From positions 1 through 62,183 of the forward strand of contig JBNJHN010000004.1 of the NCBI GenBank assembly GCA_051748565.1: a stretch of 62,183 nucleotides of DNA, written 5' to 3'. Every line of letters begins with the position of its first letter. Within the stretch, counting starts at the first letter, position 1. The notes beneath the pieces are model-generated. The model saw nothing but the letters and a program-made list of their open reading frames with translations, did no database searches and was not told the DNA's origin. Source of the DNA: Bacillota bacterium (lineage in GTDB: Bacteria; Bacillota; Dethiobacteria; DTU022). Shown here one piece after another: positions 34,516 to 44,200 of the stretch. Position numbers and translations under genes: made by a program.

Positions 34516-35826
34516 TTGAAGAAAATATTAATTAAAAATGCACTTATTATTGCTTTGGATGAGGAAAGGCCCGACCATTTTTATGGCGATATTCTTACAG
34601 ACGGCGATCAAATCGAAATGATTGCTGAGCAGCCTGATTTTATTGATCAAAGCCTGTCAGATCGGGTGATAGACGGAAGTAATTTGATTGTTATGCCAGG
34701 CTTCGTTAACACCCATGGACATGCAGCGATGTCACTTTTTCGCAGTTATGCAGATGATATGCCCCTAAAAGAATGGCTGGAGAAGAAAATCTGGCCGATA
34801 GAAGCTCTCTTGGAAGGCGATGATATTTACTGGGGAACCATGCTCAGCATCGCTGAGATGATAAGAGGCGGGACAACTACTTTTACTGATATGTATTTTT
34901 TTATGGATCGTGTTGCAGAGGCAGTTGCGGAAACCGGTATTAGATCAGTTCTATCGAGAGGCCTTGTTGGCTTAAACGGTGGGGAACAGGGTCTCGTTGA
35001 AAGCGAATCATTCATAAATAACTGGCATGGCGCAGAAAACGGAAGGATCACTGTTATGCTCGGGCCGCATGCTCCCTATACCTGCCCCCCCGAATATTTA
35101 AAAAAAGTAATGGATCTGGCTGAAAAAACAAAGTGCCCGATCCAGATCCATTTATCAGAAACCAGGAAGGAAGTCGAAGACTGTCTGAATGAACATGGTC
35201 TTACTCCGCCAAAGTTGCTTTCTGACCTCGGCCTGTTAGACTTTAAAGTAGTCGCAGCTCACTGCGTGCACCTAAACGATCAAGACATTGAGATCCTGTC
35301 AGAAAAGAAGGTAGGCGTGGCTCATAACCCGGGCAGTAATTTAAAGCTGGGCAGCGGTATTGCTCCGGTCAGAAAAATGCTGAGCAGTGGAGTAAAGGTC
35401 GGAATCGGAACCGATGGTGCTTCCAGCAATAATAACCTTGACATGGTTGAAGAGATGCGCCTTGCGGCACTCCTCAGCAAGGGTTATGAGATGGATCCGA
35501 CTCTCATTGATGCAAATAAAGCTCTGCAAATGGCAACATCAATGGGTGCAGAAGTCCTGAATCTATCCGGTATAGGGATCCTTAAAGAAGGTTACAAAGC
35601 TGATTTGATCGGTCTGAGGCATGACCGGCTCCATTTAACACCGATGCACGATCCGCAAGCCCACCTGGTTTATGCATCAGCTGCTGCCGATGTCCAAATG
35701 GTTATTGTTGATGGTAAATTACTCCTGGACAATGGGGAATTTACCACGCTTGATGAAGCCAAAATCAGATCAGAGGCTTCAGGAAAATCTTCCCGATTAA
35801 TTAAAGCAAGAAAGGAAAGTCAATAA
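34516..35826 (+). CDS. mtaD: 5-methylthioadenosine/S-adenosylhomocysteine deaminase (amidohydrolase)
   Basis: PGFVNTHGHAAMSLFRSYADDMPLKEWLE, QIHLSET and GTDGASSNNNLDM are present. TTG 34516 lies after GGGAGG. ATG 34492 is an alternative start. Confidence 0.85.
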   Translation: MKKILIKNALIIALDEERPDHFYGDILTDGDQIEMIAEQPDFIDQSLSDRVIDGSNLIVMPGFVNTHGHAAMSLFRSYADDMPLKEWLEKKIWPIEALLEGDDIYWGTMLSIAEMIRGGTTTFTDMYFFMDRVAEAVAETGIRSVLSRGLVGLNGGEQGLVESESFINNWHGAENGRITVMLGPHAPYTCPPEYLKKVMDLAEKTKCPIQIHLSETRKEVEDCLNEHGLTPPKLLSDLGLLDFKVVAAHCVHLNDQDIEILSEKKVGVAHNPGSNLKLGSGIAPVRKMLSSGVKVGIGTDGASSNNNLDMVEEMRLAALLSKGYEMDPTLIDANKALQMATSMGAEVLNLSGIGILKEGYKADLIGLRHDRLHLTPMHDPQAHLVYASAAADVQMVIVDGKLLLDNGEFTTLDEAKIRSEASGKSSRLIKARKESQ

Positions 35827-35831
35827 AAAAC

Positions 35832-36635
35832 ATGCACCAACCACACATACTCATAACTAATGATGATGGTATTTATGCTGAGGGCATTCAGCGGCTCAGC
35901 CAGGCAGTATTTGAAGATGAATGCAGCTACAAGCTTTCGATAATTGCCCCTGACCGGGAGCGGAGTGCTGTTGGTCACGGCATTACCATGCATAAACCCT
36001 TAAGAGTTGAGGAGGTCAGTTTTTTACACAACCCGGACCTAAGGGGCTGGTCTGTCAATGGAACCCCCTCAGATTGCGTTAAGCTTGCGCTGGAGGCTAT
36101 CCTTGATGACAAGCCTGACCTCGTTATTTCCGGAATTAACCGGGGCAGCAACCTTGGCACCGACGTGATCTACTCTGGTACCGTTTCTGCCGCAGTTGAG
36201 GGCTTACTGATGGGGATTCCTTCGATTGCGGTATCGCTTACCGGTAATGGTTCAGGTGCAGGCTTCAGATATGCGGCCGGCTTTATCTGCAGGCTTATCC
36301 CGGAATTGCTAAAAGAAGGAATTTCGTCATCGACTTTAATTAATATAAATATCCCTCATGATACTGAAAATATAAAAGGAACAAGAGTCACCAGTCTTGG
36401 CAGCAGGCGCTACCGTAACGCCTTTGAAAAAAGAGTAGACCCCCGGGGCATGCTTTATTACTGGCTGGCAGGTGAACTTGTCGAGGACGATCCGGAAGAA
36501 GAGGACAATGATACGAAAGCGGTAAGAGATGGTTATGTTTCGATAACCCCAATCCACTTTAAACTTACCAAGCATGAAGCAATGCCTGATTTAATGCGAA
36601 TCATCGAAAAAATACCCTTTAAAGAAAAGCAGTAA
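35832..36635 (+). CDS. surE: 5'/3'-nucleotidase SurE
   Basis: ILITNDDGIYAEGI and SGINRGSNLGTDVIYSGTVSAAVEG are present. Confidence 0.92.
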   Translation: MHQPHILITNDDGIYAEGIQRLSQAVFEDECSYKLSIIAPDRERSAVGHGITMHKPLRVEEVSFLHNPDLRGWSVNGTPSDCVKLALEAILDDKPDLVISGINRGSNLGTDVIYSGTVSAAVEGLLMGIPSIAVSLTGNGSGAGFRYAAGFICRLIPELLKEGISSSTLININIPHDTENIKGTRVTSLGSRRYRNAFEKRVDPRGMLYYWLAGELVEDDPEEEDNDTKAVRDGYVSITPIHFKLTKHEAMPDLMRIIEKIPFKEKQ

Positions 36636-36663
36636 ACTGAGTATTTGAGAGGAGTGGGCTCTC

Positions 36664-38094
36664 ATGACGTTAATGGAACCCGCCGGAAACAATTGCTACC
36701 GTATTACCCGCCGGGATAATATGAAAGCCGACGTCCTTGTTTATTTAAATAAAAATCTATACAGCAGCTTCACTGAAGACCAGTCGCTGCAGCAGTTGAT
36801 GGATGCGGCTTCTCTCGACGGAGTAATTAGCCCCGTCATCGGCATGCCCGATCTTCACACCGGCTTTGGACTGCCTATCGGGGGGGTCATGGCCATGGAT
36901 GCTGAAAAAGGGCTTATATCCGCAGGCGCCGTAGGTATGGATATTAACTGCGGTGTGCGCCTGCTGCGTACAAACATCAAAGCCGCGGATCTTGATACAA
37001 AAATGCTTCAAAATATTATTTCTGCTATTACCGATAAAGTACCTACCGGCATCGGCCAAAAAAGTAAGCATGCAAATTTGATTAACAAGCATTTCGAAAC
37101 CTTGGTTCACCGTGGTGTTCCTTTTCTAATCGAACTCGGCTTTGGCAGAAACGATGACTTGAGCTGCATCGAAGACAGCGGCTGCATGGAGGGTGCCGAT
37201 ATTAATGCAGTTAGCAGTAAGGCAGTAAAACGTGGCCTTCAGTTATCTACGATAGGCGGAGGAAACCACTTTATTGAGCTGGGTTTTGTCGAAACAATAT
37301 TTGACCGGGAGACGGCATCTTTAGACGGCCTCTGCGAAGGCAGCCTGACGGTACTTATCCATACCGGAAGCCGCGGCTTCGGACATCAAATCTGTACCGA
37401 TTATGTAAGTGAGATGAAGGCAGCAGCTAAAAAATATAATCTTAATTTACCATCAGCAGGTTTGGCTGCAGTTCCAATCAGATCAGAAGAAGGGGAAAAG
37501 TATTTCGGCGCCATGGCCAGTGCCGTTAATTTCGCATTTTGTAACCGGCAATGGATTACAGACGATGTTCGCAGGGCATTCCGCCAAACGCTTGGAGGAA
37601 GCGACCGTGACTTCGGCCTTGACCTGGTTTACGATGTCGCCCATAATACGGCTCGATTTGAAAATATAAACAATAAAAGAATGCTTATTCACCGAAAAGG
37701 GGCTATAAGAGCTCTTCCCCCGGGCCACAAAGATAATCCGGAAAAATACAGGGCCTCAGGACACCCGATTTTAATTCCAGGTAGTATGGGCAGTGCATCA
37801 TACGTGGTACGAGCCGAACAGGGAGTGGAAAAAATATTTAACTCGGTAAACCACGGCGCAGGAAGAGTGCTCTCGCGTTCAGCGGCAAAACGCGAAGTCT
37901 CAGTTGAACAATTAAAGAAAAGAATGGGTGATATTGTCGTTTCCGGGCATAATTTTAAAGCATATCTTGACGAAGCACCTCAGGCTTATAAGGATATCGA
38001 CCTTGTTGTTGAAACATTAGCTGAGATAGGATTCAGCCGAAAAATTGCACGACTTATGCCGCTGGCTGTAATTAAGGGTGAAGATAAGGGATAG
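36664..38094 (+). CDS. rtcB: RNA-splicing ligase RtcB
   Basis: 476 aa. MPDLHTGFGLPIGGV, GMDINCGVR, GGGNHFIE, HTGSRGFGHQ and NHGAGR are present. Confidence 0.92.
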   Translation: MTLMEPAGNNCYRITRRDNMKADVLVYLNKNLYSSFTEDQSLQQLMDAASLDGVISPVIGMPDLHTGFGLPIGGVMAMDAEKGLISAGAVGMDINCGVRLLRTNIKAADLDTKMLQNIISAITDKVPTGIGQKSKHANLINKHFETLVHRGVPFLIELGFGRNDDLSCIEDSGCMEGADINAVSSKAVKRGLQLSTIGGGNHFIELGFVETIFDRETASLDGLCEGSLTVLIHTGSRGFGHQICTDYVSEMKAAAKKYNLNLPSAGLAAVPIRSEEGEKYFGAMASAVNFAFCNRQWITDDVRRAFRQTLGGSDRDFGLDLVYDVAHNTARFENINNKRMLIHRKGAIRALPPGHKDNPEKYRASGHPILIPGSMGSASYVVRAEQGVEKIFNSVNHGAGRVLSRSAAKREVSVEQLKKRMGDIVVSGHNFKAYLDEAPQAYKDIDLVVETLAEIGFSRKIARLMPLAVIKGEDKG

Positions 38095-38174
38095 ACAATT
38101 CAAATAATAGCTTTACTGATATATGATTGAGTTTTGCTGCCTGCTTTTGCTATTAAACAGTATGGCTCTATACA

Positions 38175-38203
38175 TTGACAAGGTTAGTTAAATAGAATAG
38201 AAT
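38175..38203 (+). promoter_or_regulatory. sigma-A-type promoter of tRNA-Trp
   Basis: TTGACA - 17 nt - TAGAAT, ending 10 nt before the tRNA 5' end. Confidence 0.6.
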
Positions 38204-38213
38204 AATGACGCAA

Positions 38214-38289
38214 AGGGGAGTAGCTCAACTGGCAGAGCAGCGGTCTCCAAAACCGCAGGCTGCGGGTTCAAGTCCTGTCTCCCCTGCCA
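38214..38289 (+). tRNA. tRNA-Trp (anticodon CCA), CCA end encoded
   Basis: AGGGGAGTAGCTCAACTGGCAGAGCAGCGGTCTCCAAAACCGCAGGCTGCGGGTTCAAGTCCTGTCTCCCCTGCCA folds as a cloverleaf. The anticodon loop is CTCCAAA. Confidence 0.92.
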
Positions 38290-38300
38290 CCGTTCAAAGC

Positions 38301-38328
38301 GAGATGCTGCCAAAATAAGCAGCATCTC
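38301..38328 (+). terminator. intrinsic terminator after tRNA-Trp
   Basis: A 10-bp perfect stem GAGATGCTGC / GCAGCATCTC with an 8-nt loop, then ATTTCACTT. Confidence 0.6.
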
Positions 38329-38401
38329 ATTTCACTTCATGAAATATTTTTTGAATATCTATCCCATGCAAAAGAAAATAATTTAAATATTGCAAAAGGT
38401 A

Positions 38402-38430
38402 TTGACAAGTCAAAATAGATGATCAATAAT
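38402..38430 (+). promoter_or_regulatory. candidate promoter with no protein gene behind it for ~460 nt
   Basis: TTGACA - 17 nt - AATAAT. Confidence 0.4.
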
Positions 38431-38437
38431 GTTCTTG

Positions 38438-38726
38438 CCAGGTTCCGAGAGACTGGATAGCGAACCGGATCCGGTTCGTGGGGCAAACCGAAGTGGAGGA
38501 AGGACTTACCGGAATCCGTGTGAGGATATTCCCCAAGGCCGGATTGCTGATAAAACTGGATAAATGAAGGTTTGCAGACCGGATTTTACCAGAATAATCA
38601 GCACAGGAGATTAGTAGCAGCCAGGAGGTTGAGTGAAGACCATCCAGAGGAGATGGCGGAAACTCAGCTGCAGACAGGCTCGCGAAGAAATTCTGTCGGT
38701 TGGTTAAAAGGCCTGTTGGAACCTGG
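38438..38726 (+). other. candidate structured RNA / long leader of unknown class
   Basis: CCAGGTTCC (38438-46) is perfectly complementary to GGAACCTGG (38718-26), and TTTAATT follows. Nested helices include CGAACCGG/CCGGTTCG (38461-78), GCTGAT/ATCAGC (38546-51/38597-602) and CCATC/GATGG (38640-56). No convincing ORF or RBS is present. Confidence 0.3.
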
Positions 38727-38767
38727 TTTAATTATGTACTCATATACACCTGGATAAGTCGTTTTCG

Positions 38768-38797
38768 TTGACACCCATATTCAGTCAGTGATATACT
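38768..38797 (+). promoter_or_regulatory. extended -10 promoter of the NuoEF-fusion operon
   Basis: TTGACA - 18 nt (ending TGA) - TATACT, i.e. TGnTATACT, about 95 nt upstream of ATG 38892. Confidence 0.55.
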
Positions 38798-38891
38798 TTT
38801 TAAGAAATAAATTTCATCTGTTCACATCGAATAGACACAGATAAACGAACTTTTCAGGCAACGAACTCAAAAAATATATAAGGAAAAATAT

Positions 38892-41273
38892 ATGGAAAAC
38901 GATGTACTCGTCGAGTCAATTATCGAGCAGTACAATCATGACCCTGCCAAGCTGATTATGGTACTGCAGGATATTCAAACCAATCTTAACTATCTTCCAG
39001 CCGAAGCTATCGATCAAGTTGCAAAAAAGTTGAACCTCCCCAAATCTTATATTTATTCGGTAGCTACTTTTTTCAAATCCTTTTCTTTGCAACCCCGTGG
39101 AAAACACAAAATTAACATCTGCGAAGGCACTGCCTGTCATATCAGGGGCGCTTCCCTTTTGATGAGCAGCATTTCAGACGAGTTCAAGGTTAAACCGGGC
39201 CAAACTACTAACGATGGGCAGTTTACTTTGAATTCGGTTCATTGCGTTGGGGCCTGTGCCATGGGCCCTGTAGCCATTATAGACGGTGAGTATCACGGCA
39301 ATATGACATCGGCAAAACTGACAAAGCTAATTGGTGATCAATGTTCGTCGGAGAAGGAAGATTCCCTGGAGACGTCATCAGCTGAAGATGACAGCGTCAT
39401 CACAAAGCTGCCTTATAAAATAGGAGTGCGCTCGCTGGAGGATTATGAAATGCTCCGGGAACAAATCCGAGTGCAAAATCCACCCGATCAACCGCGTATT
39501 CTTGTCTGCACAGGAACAGGCTGCCTGGCCCGGGGCAGCATTAAGGTTGCTTCAGCACTCGAAAAAGAACTTGTCGCAGCCGGAATTGAGATGCCGGTTA
39601 AAATTGGTTTAAAAAAAATCGGCTGCCACGGGCTCTGCGAGAGAGGACCACTGGTCATATTCCACCCTTCCAAGCTCTGCTATACTCGCGTTGTCCCTGA
39701 AGATGCCGGCGCTATAGTCCGGGAAACAGTATTGGACGGTAAGGTTATCGACCGCCTTTTATACCGTGACTCGCCTGACAAGCCGTCAATCGAAAAATAC
39801 ACTGAAATTCCCTTTTACGCTTCTCAAAAAAAGGTAGCCCTGCGTCATGTCGGTCTGATTGATCCCCTTGATATGGGCGACTATATCGCCCATGGCGGTT
39901 ACAGAGCCCTGGTAAGGGTTCTAAATCACATGCATCCCGAAGAGGTTATTGCCGAGGTTGAAAGCTCACACCTGCGCGGGAGGGGAGGCGGAGGGTTTCC
40001 AACCGGCTTAAAATGGAAAAGTGCTGTCTCAGTCAATGCCGATACCCGATATGTCATTTGTAACGGTGATGAAGGTGATCCCGGAGCATTTATGGATTGC
40101 AGTATTATGGAAGGAGATCCTCATGCCGTAATTGAAGGAATGCTGATCTGCGCTTATGCCATCCAGTCTTCTTTGGGCTATATTTATGTCCGTGAAGAGT
40201 ACCCTCGTGCGCTGAAACGGATGCAGCTGGCTCTCGAGCAGGCTTACCGGTACGGATTCCTTGGCAGCAATATTTGCGGCACCGCGTTTTCTTTCGATAT
40301 TAAAATTATTCGGGGAGCCGGCGCATTCGTCTGCGGTGAATCAACCGCCCTGATGCAATCTGTAGAAGGTAAAGTAGGCGAACCCCGGGCCAAGTATATT
40401 CGCTCCGCTGAACGCGGGCTTTATGATAAGCCAACGGTTTTAAATAACGTTGAAACTTATGCCAATATACCGATTATAATTGAGAATGGAGCAGATTGGT
40501 TTGCTTCATTTGGATCTGAAAACAGCAAAGGGACCAAGGTTTTTTCCGTAGTGGGCAAGGTAAAAAATACCGGATTAGTTGAAGTGCCAATGGGCACAAC
40601 GCTGAGATCAATTATTTATGAGCTCTGCGGAGGAATACTCGACGGCAAACAGTTTAAAGCAGTCCAGACCGGAGGACCGTCTGGAGGATGCCTGCCTGCT
40701 GAAAAGCTCAATCTGCCGATTGACTTTGACAGCCTGACCAGGGAAGGCTCAATGATGGGGTCCGGCGGCATGATCGTGATGGATGAAAACACCTGTATGG
40801 TTGATGTAGCCCGTTATTTTACAGACTTCTTAACCCGGGAATCATGCGGGAAATGCGCAGCTTGCCGTTTGGGTTTGGAACAGCTGCATACAGTTTTAGA
40901 AAATATTTGCAACGGCAAGGGCCAAAGTGGTGACCTGGAAATAATCGAGAAACTGCTCAAAGTCCTGGAAAAAGGGTCCCTCTGCGGACTGGGTAAGTCG
41001 GCACCAAATCCCGTACGCAGTACTTTAAAGCACTTCAAACATGAATACCTGGCCCATATTGAAGACAAAAAATGCCCTGCAGGCGTATGCCGCAACTTAA
41101 TAAGCTACGAAATTAACGAGCAATGCACCGGATGCCGACGTTGTTTGCGACTCTGTCCTCAGGATGCAATCAGCGGAGAAAAGAAAGAGCTGCACTTTAT
41201 TGACCAAAATCTTTGCAACCGCTGCGGTATATGTAAGTCCGTATGTAACTTTGACGCAGTCGAAGTTCATTAA
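38892..41273 (+). CDS. fusion protein: NuoE/HydC-like + Trx-like [2Fe-2S] + NuoF/HydB-like (FMN/NADH) + 2x[4Fe-4S]
   Basis: 793 aa. CEGTACHIRG..CVGACAMGPV, then LVCTGTGCLARG..GCHGLCERGP, then HLRGRGGGGFPTGLKW, CNGDEGDPGAFMDC and ESCGKCAACRLG. The C-terminus has CTGCRRCLRLCP and CNRCGICKSVC. It is a paralogue of residues ~280-1065 of ORF 26247. Confidence 0.9.
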   Translation: MENDVLVESIIEQYNHDPAKLIMVLQDIQTNLNYLPAEAIDQVAKKLNLPKSYIYSVATFFKSFSLQPRGKHKINICEGTACHIRGASLLMSSISDEFKVKPGQTTNDGQFTLNSVHCVGACAMGPVAIIDGEYHGNMTSAKLTKLIGDQCSSEKEDSLETSSAEDDSVITKLPYKIGVRSLEDYEMLREQIRVQNPPDQPRILVCTGTGCLARGSIKVASALEKELVAAGIEMPVKIGLKKIGCHGLCERGPLVIFHPSKLCYTRVVPEDAGAIVRETVLDGKVIDRLLYRDSPDKPSIEKYTEIPFYASQKKVALRHVGLIDPLDMGDYIAHGGYRALVRVLNHMHPEEVIAEVESSHLRGRGGGGFPTGLKWKSAVSVNADTRYVICNGDEGDPGAFMDCSIMEGDPHAVIEGMLICAYAIQSSLGYIYVREEYPRALKRMQLALEQAYRYGFLGSNICGTAFSFDIKIIRGAGAFVCGESTALMQSVEGKVGEPRAKYIRSAERGLYDKPTVLNNVETYANIPIIIENGADWFASFGSENSKGTKVFSVVGKVKNTGLVEVPMGTTLRSIIYELCGGILDGKQFKAVQTGGPSGGCLPAEKLNLPIDFDSLTREGSMMGSGGMIVMDENTCMVDVARYFTDFLTRESCGKCAACRLGLEQLHTVLENICNGKGQSGDLEIIEKLLKVLEKGSLCGLGKSAPNPVRSTLKHFKHEYLAHIEDKKCPAGVCRNLISYEINEQCTGCRRCLRLCPQDAISGEKKELHFIDQNLCNRCGICKSVCNFDAVEVH

Positions 41274-41290
41274 TGGGAGAAAGGGTAACT

Positions 41291-44200
41291 ATGTCAAAAA
41301 TAATTAACCTGACTATAGACGGGCGAAACGTGGAAGCTGAAGATAAAACCATGCTGTTGGAAATATTGAACGATCAGGGAATTTTTGTTCCCCAGCTGTG
41401 CAGCTATCCATCGCTGACCCCAAATGGGGCCTGCAGGCTCTGTATGGTTGAAATTTCTCAAAAAGAGTGGCAGGGCAAATCGAAGATCGTTGCTTCCTGC
41501 CTGTATCCGGCCGAAGAAGGTCTATCCGTTTCGACCCGGTCAAAAGATGTCCTAACAATCCGCAGGACCATGCTCGAGCTTTATATGGCCCGCTGCCCCG
41601 ATTCAGAAGAAATCAGAAACATAGCCCGCCTGGAAGGGCTGGATGATACTCCTTTCCCGATCAAAGAAAAAGCGGACAAATGTATAATGTGCGGGTTATG
41701 CACCCGGGTTTGCCAGGACTGCGGCCCCGGAGCAATATCAACAATGAGCAGGGGAATCGACAAGCATATCGGGCCGGAACTCGCCGGGGCAGCCGAAAAC
41801 TGCACCGGCTGCCGGGCGTGCGCATATATCTGTCCGACCGATGCCATTCCTATCAGCCAGAAAGATCAAACCCTGACCATATGGGACCGCAATTTTGAAA
41901 TCCCAATCTGCGAGGTTGAAACAGAAAAGTGCCGGGGGTGCGGAATTTGCGAAGAAGTTTGCCCCTATTCGATACCGAGGGTTAATCTCTTTAAAAACAG
42001 GCCCAGTGCCGCTTATATTTCACCATCCACCTGTACGGGATGCGGAATATGTGCCGGTTCATGCCCTAGCGGCGCCATAAGCCAGGTAAAAACAGGTTTG
42101 TTAAATGATTATGAAACGGGACTGTTCAAAAAAGATTTAACGGGTAAAACGATCATTTTTAGCTGCCCGCGTTCACCATTGCCATCAGGTGACGATAATA
42201 TCATTCAGGTCAGCTGTATCGGCAGTGTCGATATTTCTTTACTTCTTTATGTTATTGCCGCCGGGGCAAAAGGAGCTGCCCTGATGTGCAGGGATAAACT
42301 TACCTGCCCTTACCGGCGGGGTGGTGAAAATGGCAAAAAGACGTTAGAGGTTGCTAAAAATCTTTTAAAGCTATGCGGTATTGGGGAGGAGAGGGTAGCT
42401 TTAATCGAGCCCGAACCGGGCCAGGACGGTCCAGCCAGAGCCTGGCAGCAGTTCGCCGAATCGGTTTCGCTCTTTCCACCGCTTCTGCAAGAATATTACT
42501 TAGCTTCTGCCGTAAAAACCTCCGGTCTGGATCTGGCCCTTGACCTGGTTGATTGGTTGAAAAACCGACCGGAATTACGGCCTTCCCTGCCCGTTGAAAT
42601 CGAAGCAGTTTTTACACAAACCTCCGAAGAAAGTCCATACTTGCTCTACCTGGACCGCCTGCCGGAACTGCACCTGATTTTTCCACTGGTCCTTGACCAG
42701 CCTGTTGTTATCGATATACTGCAGGATACATCCAGGCTGCTTAAACAGAAGAATATTCCAGTCAGATGCGTTTTTACAGAAAAAGAGCTGCAAAAAGATA
42801 AGCAGTCAAAGATAATTACCTATACGAAACCTGATCATATTACCCTGCCCCCGGCAGCCGAGGTAATTACTCTCAATAAACTGGCCGGATTGCCGGAAGC
42901 AATAGAAGAGGAAAGATTTTCTTTTTCCGTCAATACATCCGCACGCAGAGAACTTAATGAAGCTCTTAAACACAGCGGTAAAATACCGATTGTATCCACC
43001 CCGGAGCTTTACCTGCAGTATGCCCTGCTGATGCGCCCCGGTTCCTGGCAAGAGTGTTTGAAAGAAAAACCGGTTCTCGAATTCACAGCAGTTTTAAGTC
43101 CAACTGAAAAGAACAAAGATCATCATTTAAAACTGCGCCGCATTAAACAACATCCTATCCTGCCGCCTCTTAACCGCGATGAATTAACATTTACCTTTAA
43201 TAAAATTCCTATAACGGCTTTGAAAGGCGAAGTAATTACTTCCGCCTTATATGCAGCGGGCATCACAATTTTTGGTCACCATCCCAGGGACGGTGGGGCA
43301 CAGGGCATTTACTGTGTTAATGGTCAGTGCTCCCAGTGCATGGTGATCGCCGATGGAACGCCGGTGAAAGGCTGTATGACGCCTGTCACTGAGGGCATGC
43401 ATGTAGAAAGCCTGGAAGGTTATCCGGTGCTGGCCGATGATACTGTGCTTTCAGAATATACAACCAAACCTTTGGAAGTTGAAACAGAGGTGTTGGTAAT
43501 TGGCGGCGGTCCGGCCGGTATCAGTGCTGCAATCGAATTGGGCAATGTTGGTGCCGATGTTCTGATTGTTGATGACAAACAGGAACTGGGCGGTAAGCTC
43601 AGCCTGCAAACTCACAACTTTTTTGGTTCTGTTAAGGACTGCTATGCCGGCTATCGTGGGATAGATATCGGGCATATCCTGGCCGAAAACGCTCACAAAC
43701 TTCCCACGGTAAAAATATGGCTAAATTCTACGGTTGTCGGTGTTTTCAGTGATGGCAAATTTGGAGTATCCACCGGCGGAACCTTCAGGCTGGTAAAGCC
43801 CCGGCGAACCCTTTTTGCTACCGGAGCACGTGAAAAAAGCCTTGCTTTTCCCGGCTGTGATCTTCCCGGTGTATACGGAGCCGGTGCCTTTCAGACTCTC
43901 GCTAACAGGGATCTTATCCGTTGCGCTGAAAAGCTGTTCATAGTTGGAGGCGGCAATGTCGGTCTGATTGGCGCTTACCATGCCCTGCAGGCCGGCATCG
44001 ATGTGGTCGGCCTGGTTGAAGCTCTTCCGCAGTGCGGGGGTTACAAGGTTCATTTAGATAAGATTAAACGAATGGGAGTCCCGGTTATGACCTCACATAC
44101 AGTTTTGAGTATCGAAGGCGGTGAGAATGTAGAACGTGTGGTCATAGCAGCCGTGGATGATAAATTTCAGCCGGTTGCCGGTACCGAGCGTGCCTTCGAG

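Noticed and set aside
38431-38740. I tried to identify the structured region as RNase P RNA, SRP/4.5S, tmRNA, 6S RNA, or a TPP, cobalamin or Moco/Tuco riboswitch.
   Set aside because: - The universal RNase P GGAAAGUCC block is absent.
- The SRP domain-IV GGAAGCAGC block is absent.
- There is no tRNA-like tmRNA end.
- CCGAGAG...GAACCGGATCCGG only superficially resembles the TPP CUGAGA...ACCUGAUCUGG core.
- There is no B12 box.
- I cannot reproduce the Moco consensus reliably from memory, so no call is made.
38572-38757. A 61-aa ORF inside the large non-coding gap.
   Set aside because: It has a non-ATG start and no RBS, its composition is low-complexity and Arg/Gln-rich, and it resembles nothing I know. 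It lies within the region that shows RNA-like nested pairing.
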